NCBI GenBank assembly: GCA_965240325.2 | Contig: OZ251225.1 | Location: 248,001 to 312,000, forward strand | Direction of reading: 5' to 3' | DNA: 64,000 nt | Source: Rebecca billardiae RCC1528 | Lineage: Eukaryota; Protista; Haptophyta | Shown here: positions 36,101 through 44,494 of the stretch, one piece after another | How the letters are laid out: each line of letters starts with the position of its first letter | Position numbering within the stretch: the first letter of the stretch is position 1 | Program-made: the position numbers and the translations under genes | Notes under the pieces: model-generated | Seen by the model: only the letters and a program-made list of their open reading frames with translations | The model's database searches: none | Told to the model about the DNA's origin: nothing

Positions 36101-39100
36101 GAACGGCGCGTGTCGTAGCTGTTCTGCAGAAGCATGCGCGCCGCGTACGCGCGCTCCTTGCCCTCCGCCTCCTCGTCCGGCGCAAAGTTGAAGAGGTCGG
36201 CGGCGACCATGGTGTGCTCGCGCTCGAGCTCGCGGATGAACGGCTGGTACACGCGGTACGCGCGCAGCGACTCGAGCGAGGTGGCGCCGACGACGGTGAC
36301 GCGCCTGGCCTCCTTCGCGTACATCATCGTGCCGCAGCTGAAGCACACGCGGCACGGCCGATCGTCGTACATCGCGAGCGTCTCCGCGAGCACCCCCCAC
36401 TGCTTCTCGTCGAGGTCGAGCTGCATGCTCCCGCCGAGCTGTTCGCGCTCGGCGGCGAGCGCGCGCACGGTGGAGAGGTGCTCGAGGCCCGACCCCACCG
36501 CCGCGTAGTACGCCGCGTGCGCCGAGCGGCGCCGCACCGCGTAGAGCGACTGGTCGCCGATCGCGTACGTCGTCACGATCACCTCGGGCGCGAGGTTGAA
36601 CAGGTCCGCGTCGGCGGCCGTGCTGTCGGGTGGCAGCTCGCGCATCGTCGTCCGTCCGGCGCCGTCGTGCGAGACGTGGACGAGACGCAGCGGAGGCACC
36701 GCGCTCGCGTTGGCCGCGTCGCCCCCTCCCGCCGCCGCGACCGCCGCCGAGAGCTCCGCCACGATCGCGCCGATGGTAGTGTCCGCCGTCACGTCCGCGA
36801 CCGTGATCGCCTCGCGCGGCGCGGGCGACGCGAGGAACTGATCGGCGTGGACGCACGCCTCGCACGCCGAGCACACCTCGAGCGCGGTCGTGGCGCACGA
36901 CGCGGTCTCGCCGCGTCCGTGCGCGCCACCCGCGCCAGCGCGCCCCAAGCCGCCGCCGTCGCCGCCGACCGTCGGCACGCCGCGGTCGCCCGTCGCAGTG
37001 CGGTCGCTCGCGTCACCGCCGACTCCGCCGCCGCCTGCTGCCGCGCCCAACCCCGCACCGCTGGCGCCGCCGGCCGCCCCTGCGGCGCGGCCCTCCGCGC
37101 CGCAGCTGCGCGGCTCGGAGCCGTCGCTCGAGTCCCCGCCGCCCCCGCCGCCGCCCGCGGCCGCACCCGCGCCGCCGGCCGCCGCCGCGTTGCAGCGCGC
37201 CGCGCCCCCAACGCCCATCGCAGACCCGTCACCCGAGTCATCGTCGCCGTCTCCGCCGCCGCCCGCGGCCGCGCCGGTCGCGCTCGCGCTCACGGCGGGG
37301 CCGACGCGCAAAAGGCACCGGCGCGCGCAGCACGTGCAGTCACCAATCGTGTCGGCCGTGCACGCCGACAGGATGATCTGCTCCTGGACCACGGTGAACG
37401 GAAACTCGTACGGAATGGTCGCGCGCTGCCGGCGACGATCGATGCGCGCGCCTGGCGCGTAGTGCGCGCCCGGCTCGAGCGGCGTCCACACGCCGTGCAG
37501 GAGGCGCGTGCGCGGGCGCGAGTAGTCGACGCGATCGACGGCCTCGGGGGGCTGCGCCGTGTCGAACTCGACGCGCAGCAGCCGCAGCGCCTCCGCCCGG
37601 TGCGCCTCGGGCATCCCGGCCGTGGCCGCGCGCAGCGCGGCAGTCGCGCTCGGCAGCTCGCCCGTCTCGGCCTCACACAGGCGCGCGCGCTCGGCAGGAT
37701 CGGCGCAGCGTCGGACGAGCTCGCGCAGCTCGTCGTCTGCGTCGGCGGGGAAGAGCGTCGCGAGCAGCCGCGGCTCGAGCCTGTCCACGACCTCCCGCAG
37801 CCGCAGCAGCCGCTCCTTGCACGCCCTCGGCGTCTTCCCCTCGAATGCGGGCCACGCGCGCTGCGGTGTCGCGTGCAGCACGTGAGCATACTGCGTCTGC
37901 AGCAGGCCGATGTCCTGCTCGATCGTCCACGACGAGTCGTTCTGCGTGTAGAATCGCAGGACGCGCTCGTCGTGCATGGTGCGCAGCGCGGCGTGCAAGC
38001 GCCCGAACGCGCGCTCGGGCGAGTCCTCCGGCGAGAGCTCGCCCTGCGGCTCGGTGCCCGGCTGCCGCTCCCCCTGCGCGCCGCGCGCCGCCTGCGCGCC
38101 GCGCGCCGCGTGGGCGTCGACGCCCTCACAGCCGGTGGGCAACGAGGCCTCGGCCGTGTCGCCGAGCTGCGCGGCGGCGGGGCTGGTGGGGTCGACGTCC
38201 ATGTCGGTCACGGACGGCTCCACCTCGTGCGCGCGCGGCGCCGCCTCGCCCGCGTCGGTGCCGCACGGCGAGCCGCCCGAGAGCGTGCTGAGCGGCCAGA
38301 CGCAGGCGTGCGCGCGCGGCGCGTGCGCGCGCAAAAGGTCCTGCAGCTGGCGCGCGCACTGCGCGAGCGCGGGCTTCGACGCCTGCCGATGACGTTGCGA
38401 CATGCTCTTGGCGGAGCGGCCGTCGAACTGCATGAAGAGCACGGCGAGCGCGTCGTCCACCGGCAGGCACAGCTCGCTCGCGTGCTCGTCGAGCACGGAG
38501 TGCAGCTGCGCGCGGCCCTCGGCCCCGAGCGCGCGCTGCAGAGCCTTGGGCCACGCGTCGCGTGCGCCCGGCGCGCTCGCCACCGAGTCGGCGGCGCGCG
38601 GCCGCTTGCCGGCGGCGGGGCGGCGAGGAAGCTCGACGCTCTTGGCCTGCAGACGCTCGAGCGCGTCGGCGCATTCGCCGCGCAGCAGGTTGTGCAGCGC
38701 CCAGCGATGCGACCGGCACTGCTGGGGCTTGAGGTCCGCGAGGAGCGCATGGCCGCCCGGCGGCGCGCCGACCACACCCGTCTCCAACACCGCGAGGCTC
38801 TGCTCGAGCGAGAAGAGCTGGGACTGCGAGCGCGAGCTGATGAGCGCGCACACGCGCGCATGCGCCTGGGCGCCGAGGACCTCCAGCAGCAACGTGGCCG
38901 GCGGCGACGATATGGCGCTCCCGTCAGCCGCCGCCTGCGTGGTGGATGGACGCCGCGTCGTCGACTCCGACCGCGTCAGGTGGGGCGCGCAACGGTCAGC
39001 AGCTGCGGCGCCATCGCGCGTGCTCGGGGCACGGTGTGCGTCGGTCTGCGGGGCAGCCGTCGCAGCCGATACGGATGGAGCAGCGCCGCCGCGTGCGCTT

Positions 39101-41301
39101 GAAGCGCGGTGCGCGTCGAGCCGCTGGACGGCGGTGGGTGCGTGCTTCCCCAGCAGCGCGCGCAGGCGGTGACGATGCCTGCGGATCTGGTCTGGCGCGA
39201 CACGGCTCAGCGCGGGATGCTCAGCGGCCGCGCCGTAGCCCAGCCCGGTCTCGAGCACGGCGAGGCTCTGCTCGACCGAGAAGTTCGAGGACTTGACGCG
39301 CGCCACGATGATATCGCGGACGGTTGCCAATCCGTCCACGCCCAGCATCGCTGCCAGCGATGCGCCGCCGCCGCGCGCGCGCGCGTTGAGCCAGTCGCCG
39401 TCCACGTGCGCGCCGGGCCGCGCCACCAAACTTGGCGCCAAGTGCCCGCCCTGCTCGCCAGCTCCGCACGGTGGCGCCGTGTCCGCCTCGCTCGCCGCAC
39501 GATCACGATGCGGTGCGCCAACGTGCGCGCACGGCACCGCGTACAGCGCGTGCGCCGCCACGGGCGCTGGGCGGCCCACGCGCGCGGCGCAGCCTGCCGC
39601 AGAGCAGCAGCCCGAGGCTGCCCGCGAGTGCTGCCCGGCAGAGGTTGACGCGATGCGGTCGTGCGACGGCGGCAGCTGCGGCGGCGGCGTCGAAGCGGGC
39701 TCGGCGCCGGCGATCGCACCCGGCGCGTACGCCATCGGCGTGTAGTAGTAGTCGCCACCGGGCATCAGCATCTCCTCGTCGGCCAGCAGCCGCGCGCGCC
39801 GCCGCTCCATGCAGACGATGCCGAGCGCGCCGCGCACCGCGCCCACGCGCCGCGGCGCACGCCCCAACTCCACGCGCGCGCCAGCGGCGGTGCCGCGGAT
39901 TCGCCACAGCGGGCGTGCGCGCCGTTGGATGGCGCGCGCGGCGCGCTCACGCCGCAGCCGCGCGTGCGCGACGGCAAACGCCACGTCCCGCCAGCCCGAC
40001 TCCGCCTTCGAGGCGCGAGCGACGGCAGAGAGGGCTTGCACCCCAGCCGCAGGTGGTGGTGCGAGCAGCTGCGATGGCGGCGCGCGGCCAAACCAGAGCA
40101 GCCCAGCGCGCGCGGCGATCATCATCGCCGATTCGAGCAGCGCGTCGTCCTCGGGAAGAGTGGGCGCGTTCGAGGCGCAAACGCGCAGCGCCGTGCACGC
40201 GGCGCGCACGCCCGCGCCGTACGCCTTGCGCCGTGCTGCATCGGCTCCTGCGCCGTCAGCACGCTGCATTGCTGCTTGCATGCTGCTGAGCGCGCGGCGC
40301 TGCTCGGCGGTCGCCTTGCACCGAATCGAATCGTGGTCGAGCGCGGCGTGCTGCGGCGCGCGCGACATCTCGGCAGTGTCTCGGGGCACCGCGTCGGATG
40401 TCGCATGACGCCGAGACAGGGTGCTGCGGCGGCTGGCCCGCGCACGCCGCCTGCGCACGCCGCCACCAACGCGTCGCGCCGGATTCTCCTCGAACACGTG
40501 CCAGCCTGCTCCGCTTCGGCACGCACGCACGCGTGCGCGTGCCGCGGCGCGTTGCGCCCGCTCGTCGCGCGCGCGCCGGCGTGCGAGGCACGATTCCGTG
40601 GCCAGCGCCAGATCGCCCGCGCGCCAGTCCACCAGCGCGCGCCGCCGCTTGACGTCGTCATCACAGTGTGCCACGCGCAGCGCACCTTGCACGCGTGCGT
40701 GCACGGCATGCATGTGCGCGGGCACGCAGCGTGCGACGCGCTCCAGCACGGCAATCTGAGTGCCCGTCACGTCGAAGCTGTCCACGCCCGGAAGGTCGAG
40801 CCCGCGCGTCGCGCGCCGGCATCGCTCGACGCGCTGAGGGCGAGGCGGAGCATTCGCCTCGCGCAGTGCTCGTCTGACACACCCATGTTCGTCGCGCATG
40901 TGTACAGGAATGCAGCGCATGACGCGTGTAAGCACGGCCATGTGCGTCGCCGACGCGTCGAGGGGGTCCGCCCCCGGCATGCTCAGCCCGAGCGTCTCGT
41001 GCAGCCCCCGGGGCCGAGGCATCGCGAGGCGCAGGACATCGCCTCGTGCGCGCTTAACATGGAGTCGTTCGTCGACCATCCACTCGGGGATGGAATCATA
41101 GACGCGACGCATCTCGGCGAGGGCAGCCCTGGGAGCAGGTTGAGGCCCTCCCATTGGGACCACCGCCACAGCGCCGGCGGAGGCACCACGTCTCGTGCGT
41201 CGCCGTTCACGGCGGACACACTCACGAACTGCAGTCGAACCGGCTGCAGCTGAGACACTTTTCTCCGGCCGAGTCACGCGCGTGTTTCCTGCGCTCGTCA
41301 T
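33196..41301 (-). CDS. Helitron-family Rep (HUH Y2 endonuclease) polyprotein with Myb/SANT-like repeats, a ubiquitin-like domain and a Zn finger; no PIF1 helicase
   Basis: GSLRYW...MA; motif 1 PQYFVTLTANESGW (~34615-34656); motif 2 EDQARGSLHVH (~34423-34455); motif 3 YIAKYIAK (~33925-33950). Also SPYVPLWL, YQRRP, YFYQTLLLNVPFR, and a Helentron-like CxxC...CxxC followed by LPPALAALTVEERLALS. Start uncertain (ATG at 41301 or 41154). Confidence 0.85.
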   Translation of the reverse strand: MTSAGNTRVTRPEKSVSAAAGSTAVRECVRRERRRTRRGASAGAVAVVPMGGPQPAPRAALAEMRRVYDSIPEWMVDERLHVKRARGDVLRLAMPRPRGLHETLGLSMPGADPLDASATHMAVLTRVMRCIPVHMRDEHGCVRRALREANAPPRPQRVERCRRATRGLDLPGVDSFDVTGTQIAVLERVARCVPAHMHAVHARVQGALRVAHCDDDVKRRRALVDWRAGDLALATESCLARRRARDERAQRAAARARVRACRSGAGWHVFEENPARRVGGGVRRRRARASRRSTLSRRHATSDAVPRDTAEMSRAPQHAALDHDSIRCKATAEQRRALSSMQAAMQRADGAGADAARRKAYGAGVRAACTALRVCASNAPTLPEDDALLESAMMIAARAGLLWFGRAPPSQLLAPPPAAGVQALSAVARASKAESGWRDVAFAVAHARLRRERAARAIQRRARPLWRIRGTAAGARVELGRAPRRVGAVRGALGIVCMERRRARLLADEEMLMPGGDYYYTPMAYAPGAIAGAEPASTPPPQLPPSHDRIASTSAGQHSRAASGCCSAAGCAARVGRPAPVAAHALYAVPCAHVGAPHRDRAASEADTAPPCGAGEQGGHLAPSLVARPGAHVDGDWLNARARGGGASLAAMLGVDGLATVRDIIVARVKSSNFSVEQSLAVLETGLGYGAAAEHPALSRVAPDQIRRHRHRLRALLGKHAPTAVQRLDAHRASSARGGAAPSVSAATAAPQTDAHRAPSTRDGAAAADRCAPHLTRSESTTRRPSTTQAAADGSAISSPPATLLLEVLGAQAHARVCALISSRSQSQLFSLEQSLAVLETGVVGAPPGGHALLADLKPQQCRSHRWALHNLLRGECADALERLQAKSVELPRRPAAGKRPRAADSVASAPGARDAWPKALQRALGAEGRAQLHSVLDEHASELCLPVDDALAVLFMQFDGRSAKSMSQRHRQASKPALAQCARQLQDLLRAHAPRAHACVWPLSTLSGGSPCGTDAGEAAPRAHEVEPSVTDMDVDPTSPAAAQLGDTAEASLPTGCEGVDAHAARGAQAARGAQGERQPGTEPQGELSPEDSPERAFGRLHAALRTMHDERVLRFYTQNDSSWTIEQDIGLLQTQYAHVLHATPQRAWPAFEGKTPRACKERLLRLREVVDRLEPRLLATLFPADADDELRELVRRCADPAERARLCEAETGELPSATAALRAATAGMPEAHRAEALRLLRVEFDTAQPPEAVDRVDYSRPRTRLLHGVWTPLEPGAHYAPGARIDRRRQRATIPYEFPFTVVQEQIILSACTADTIGDCTCCARRCLLRVGPAVSASATGAAAGGGGDGDDDSGDGSAMGVGGAARCNAAAAGGAGAAAGGGGGGGDSSDGSEPRSCGAEGRAAGAAGGASGAGLGAAAGGGGVGGDASDRTATGDRGVPTVGGDGGGLGRAGAGGAHGRGETASCATTALEVCSACEACVHADQFLASPAPREAITVADVTADTTIGAIVAELSAAVAAAGGGDAANASAVPPLRLVHVSHDGAGRTTMRELPPDSTAADADLFNLAPEVIVTTYAIGDQSLYAVRRRSAHAAYYAAVGSGLEHLSTVRALAAEREQLGGSMQLDLDEKQWGVLAETLAMYDDRPCRVCFSCGTMMYAKEARRVTVVGATSLESLRAYRVYQPFIRELEREHTMVAADLFNFAPDEEAEGKERAYAARMLLQNSYDTRRSRRQYHTAWSCTPCAQATKLPTEPFAVHTTSTSRLDLCDGFTSIEGELKPTGLGVPLPPALAALTVEERLALSVLKMESALFRGYAGRMGNGYDSMGGGGLLLPADFAGWSDVILASRREGMPCTDRDRRLRAALDELKRTHPLVRDMLVCLERELLRNLRDPFPPAEGALGDQLAASGLPIADYEDATLADAEAEAVDPAAPPPPRPSGDGVPFAFEGVLESGVEPDPQALLAHNALRHQTLGTVVSRAEAAAAEAQRRPPRPAPFSAVGEPATGAYDGTADTAVLTAWYRYGLGGWREPDVREPERGAEGAADDDDAALLWAASAGGRADDEASDGDPDDAPPPPGCLGSDRYGARKRRHVSFGHYKRIRLTSPNVQLARAPEVLMYLHQRTNKRAMHAGGVTLAQGDVAAKLTPEQLAKLDGEVRERAQALDGAAPGAAQHIATEETFGRRVGSAVVGSLRYWRERYHQLMAMAVQYRTPQYFVTLTANESGWCDLANACWGHHHEKAYVEATRHYHHRLDLFLKRYLSRGVLSPLGKITHTFLRHEDQARGSLHVHMAVWVEEPTADRADGADDAAGDAEMGEAEGAPPRPRADDEPPPGIAAITHCLPREPRTAAQHAWRECVRRWQTHECVPKCTRGKKGATLRRCKSAYPFPLTVGAAGLRPNSLNAQTGRFVYTCEREEDRRISPYVPLWLAAWGAAINVQAVRGVVFLKYIAKYIAKPEGTGATRETSGMRRRAGRSALSRQLRFTNRVVAAPEMVTRTLGLAIARGEGAMRLPTALPERRMRGLKRGGAVDAGDTRWSDGPIEAYQRRPRVLQSFTYPAFHARYQVKPYAQLSDAQRADALPCLLRADEYARRRQDVTPAERVVPPLGAEAATRARQQLERENALAIEAGAAADEEILPYREPTSRTPPTPGSLFVVARAKEIGIITDFRLPTTHGDGYFYQTLLLNVPFRSHRVQTS

Positions 41302-41382
41302 CGCGCGGTTATCGAAACGACTATAAGCCAAGACTATGACCGGACGCCCTACTATATGATGTGAGTACTCGTCATGAGACAC

Positions 41383-41489
41383 GTTTGTATGAAAGTAGGG
41401 GGAATGTTTGTATGAAAGTAGGGGGAATGTTTGTATGAAAGTAGGGGGAATGTTTGTATGAAAGTAGGGGGAATGTTTGTATGAAAGTA
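41383..41489 (+). repeat. 23-bp tandem repeat GTTTGTATGAAAGTAGGGGGAAT x4.6
   Basis: Four perfect copies plus a 15-bp partial, just upstream of the Rep ORF. Confidence 0.97.
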
Positions 41490-41596
41490 ACGGCTCTTCA
41501 CATACGAAGATTGGACGCCTCGCGCGCGAACATTGCCGTATTTGCCAATACGGTAGAGGAGTCGGGGGGGGAGCATCAGGTAAAAGTGTGTTGTGC

Positions 41597-41619
41597 GTCA
41601 TATATATGGTTAGTCGCCT
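41597..41619 (+). repeat. 23-bp direct repeat, copy 2 (followed by a degenerate ggttagccgcct)
   Basis: Identical to 32511-32533. Confidence 0.85.
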
Positions 41620-43457
41620 ATCTATCATACGGTTAGCCGCCTTGTCGCAAGCGCCAAGAATAGACACGGAGCCATTTAAATTCCCCTTTATAACGGGCTC
41701 CGGGTGATCAGACTGGCGGCCGAAGCCTCCAGCCCTACCCTGGCCAGCCCCCAACCAACCACCACCCTCACCCAACCTCAAACCACTGACCGATACACCG
41801 AGTGCCTTGACACCACTCCGCTGTGGACAGCCCGCCTCCAGAGGGGGCGGGGGTATGCCATTGCCGACAGCATACAAGCCCAACACTGTGGGGTGGTCCC
41901 AGGTACCAGCAGTGCACTGCCTTGCAATTCGAGATCATCGAGTTTGAGCCGAGTCGGCAGACTGGGCACCCCCTAGGGCGCCCCAGTGTGGGCAGAGGGC
42001 CAGCCACTAGCCGATCCCTGCGCGGGGGAGGGGACGGAGGGGGCTGTCAGCGAGCCCAGTAGCTGGGCCGGGGTCTGGGCCACTGGTCCTGGCAGTGAGG
42101 CGCCTGTATTTCACTCGTGCTGCTATGGAGGCAGATGGTGTCATGTCAGACATGTGTGCGATATCGGGCATCAAGTCAGGGCGTGGGCCGCTGTAGGACG
42201 CAAGCAGAGTGGTGGCGATGGCTAATACGCCTGGGGAGGTGTCGTTTGCGCGCCTCTTTCTGCTGCTCTTTGCAGGGGGTTGCATACTTCGTTGCGCAGG
42301 CTGAGCCTGCCTGCCAGTTGGTGTTAGGATAGGCACATTTGCCTGGTGGGGTGGGCAGTGTCGTTTGGGCGGGGGGCTGTCTTGCTGAGCTTGACTAGGA
42401 GGAGGCAGCCTGCGCCTGGGGGCTGCCAGTGTCTTGGCAGAGCCAGCAGGTGGCTGTGTGGCCTGCTGTCCAGTGTCTGACTGTGTAATGCCGTTGTGAG
42501 CTCCGTGACCAGTGCGACTGCCCGCAGCAGGGTCTGCCTCAATCTCAGGGCCCCCATGTGTCAACACTCAGCAGAATCTCAGGAATCGTAAGCCCCCTAC
42601 AGGTCGATGAGGGCAGAATGAGACAGAGGGCACTTTGAGACAAAGGCGGCGGCCCAGTGGCGGCCCAGTGGCGCCCACTGGGCGTGGTGCATGGCGCCCG
42701 CCTCGCACGCGCTACAGCGCCCGATGAGGTGGACGCAAGTCTGTCAAGACGCGTCGCATGTGTGCCCAAGGTGCATGCCTGGCACCTCCGCTCGTTTGCC
42801 GGCCGCTCCGCTGCCCATGCCTGGCCTGCACGCACCAAACGTAGCCGCCGAACGTGCCCCGCCACTGTGAGACGGCCGCGAACCGCGATGCACGGTGCCC
42901 TTCAGTGACGTGAGCAAGGTAGTCTACTACTGCAAGGGGACGCCAACCTGACGGCTGGCCATGCAATGGGAGGCAGTAGGGACGTCAGACACGCGCCAAG
43001 AGCCCATGGGAAGCTTGCTCTCCCCAGTTGGTGAGCTCGTCGGGCGTGCGCACGCGGTTTGTCTCAAAGTGCCCTCCCCCCCCCAAAGTGAGACAAACTT
43101 GATGGTGCTCGTGCTCCTCAACGGCATGGAGTTAGCCCACGAGACTCGCAGCTTGAACTCTTCGTCTGATGCCCTCCACGACGACGTGCGCGAAGGGCGT
43201 GAGCGCCATCGTGGTGGAGCGCAAAACACGATCCGGGATTTTGTCTCATTCTGCCCTCACCCACCTGTAGGTCTTTGATGATCATTGATCTCACACGCGC
43301 GCCACCGGTTCCTGAACGAAAGAAACCGTCTCAGCCCGGAGCTCGTGTTCGGCCGTGGCGGCGACGGTGGTAGTGAACATGACGCCGGGGGTGTTGCGGG
43401 ACACGGGGGGACGGAGGCGGGTGTGCAGTCGTCGTGGGGTGGCGGTGGCGCTCCACC

Positions 43458-43900
43458 GCGTATGCCGCTGTAAGCTACTGGCTGGGCGCGTGCGCCGCGC
43501 TCGCCACCGCTGTGTGTGGCGGGCTGTGGATAGTGTGCATGCGCTAGCTGTGCAGCCGCTTCGGCACGGGCGCGCTCACGTCGACCGCGAGCGTGTACTT
43601 CGCGTTACCCCCCCCCCCCCCCCCACCCCACCCCCCTCTCCGTTGCCGCGTGCACCCGTGCGCCAACCAATCCGCTTGCACTGTTGTACATGCTGGGCAC
43701 AGTAGTAGCGCTCTCCACCGCTGCGGTCTCGTTCGCCGAGGCCAGCTCGGCGTTCATCTCCGCCTGGATTGTGGGCACCGTGCGCATGCTCGCCGTCACG
43801 TTCGCCGTGCTGTGGCAGGCGCTCATCCTGCACCAGCGCACGAGCGAACCCTCCGTAGGCAATGCGCTCGCGATCGCGCTCAGCGCGACCCTGACTGATG
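43458..43900 (+). pseudogene. Probable fragment of a DMT/EamA-like membrane transporter
   Basis: Reads AYAAVSYWLGACAALATAVCGGLWIVCMR*LCSRFG with an in-frame TAG at 43545. After a poly-C tract and frame change it reads AWIVGTVRMLAVTFAVLWQALILHQ...SVGNALAIAL, like the last EamA helices. Confidence 0.4.
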
Positions 43901-44494
43901 GGCGTGGCGGAGCGCGTGCGCAGCAGCGGTGGCAGCCGGCTGTCGTGACTGTCGTCGCGCCGACCTCGCAGTGGGGCCGCACGGCATGCTCATCAGCAGG
44001 TGGCGGTGGTGGCGGCTGCGAACCCGCCGACAGGCGTCACCGCCCTGAACGGCTGCCCCGTCGAGCGGTTGTGACAGCCGCAGTACTACTACGCCCGCAG
44101 ACGCGCAGTCATGCAGGCACCCCCGGCCCCTACAGTGAATTCTGTGAGACTACCGTTGATGTAGTCATCCAGATTGGGGTGCCTGTGTCACGTCATACTT
44201 ACTTTGAGTCAACTGAAGTTCGGAATGCATCTGCGAGCTGTCCCGATGGTGTACTGCTGAGTGTGCGCCTGCGCACTCAGTGCGCACCCCGCATCCGCGC
44301 CCAGGGTGGGGAGCGCCGCCGTGCCCCCGTTTGGCGGGGTGTTGACTGCCCCCAGCAGCCCAGGTGTTGCCGGGCGCTTACCAAGTTCCGCCCAATCTGC
44401 ATTCTGCAATCCGGACTCCTGACCACCGCTCGCTGATCGGATCTCCAGTCCAGATCTCGCCGAAGGCCGTCGCGGGAGTGCCGCGCGGCGCATC

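Larger units (their letters stand above)
32511..41619 (-). mobile_element. Helitron2/Helentron-like rolling-circle element lacking the helicase; boundaries inferred from 23-bp direct repeats
   Basis: Contains the HUH Rep ORF. Identical gtcatatatatggttagtcgcct at 32511-32533 and 41597-41619. Boundaries are tentative. Confidence 0.6.

Noticed and set aside
41302-41886. 5' extension of the 2896-aa ORF
   Set aside because: Non-ATG start; it reads through the 23-bp tandem array and the direct repeat, so it is probably non-coding.
41620-44400. Fanzor/TnpB or other RNA-guided nuclease beside the Helitron-like element
   Set aside because: No RuvC or zinc-ribbon motifs were recognised in the frames inspected.
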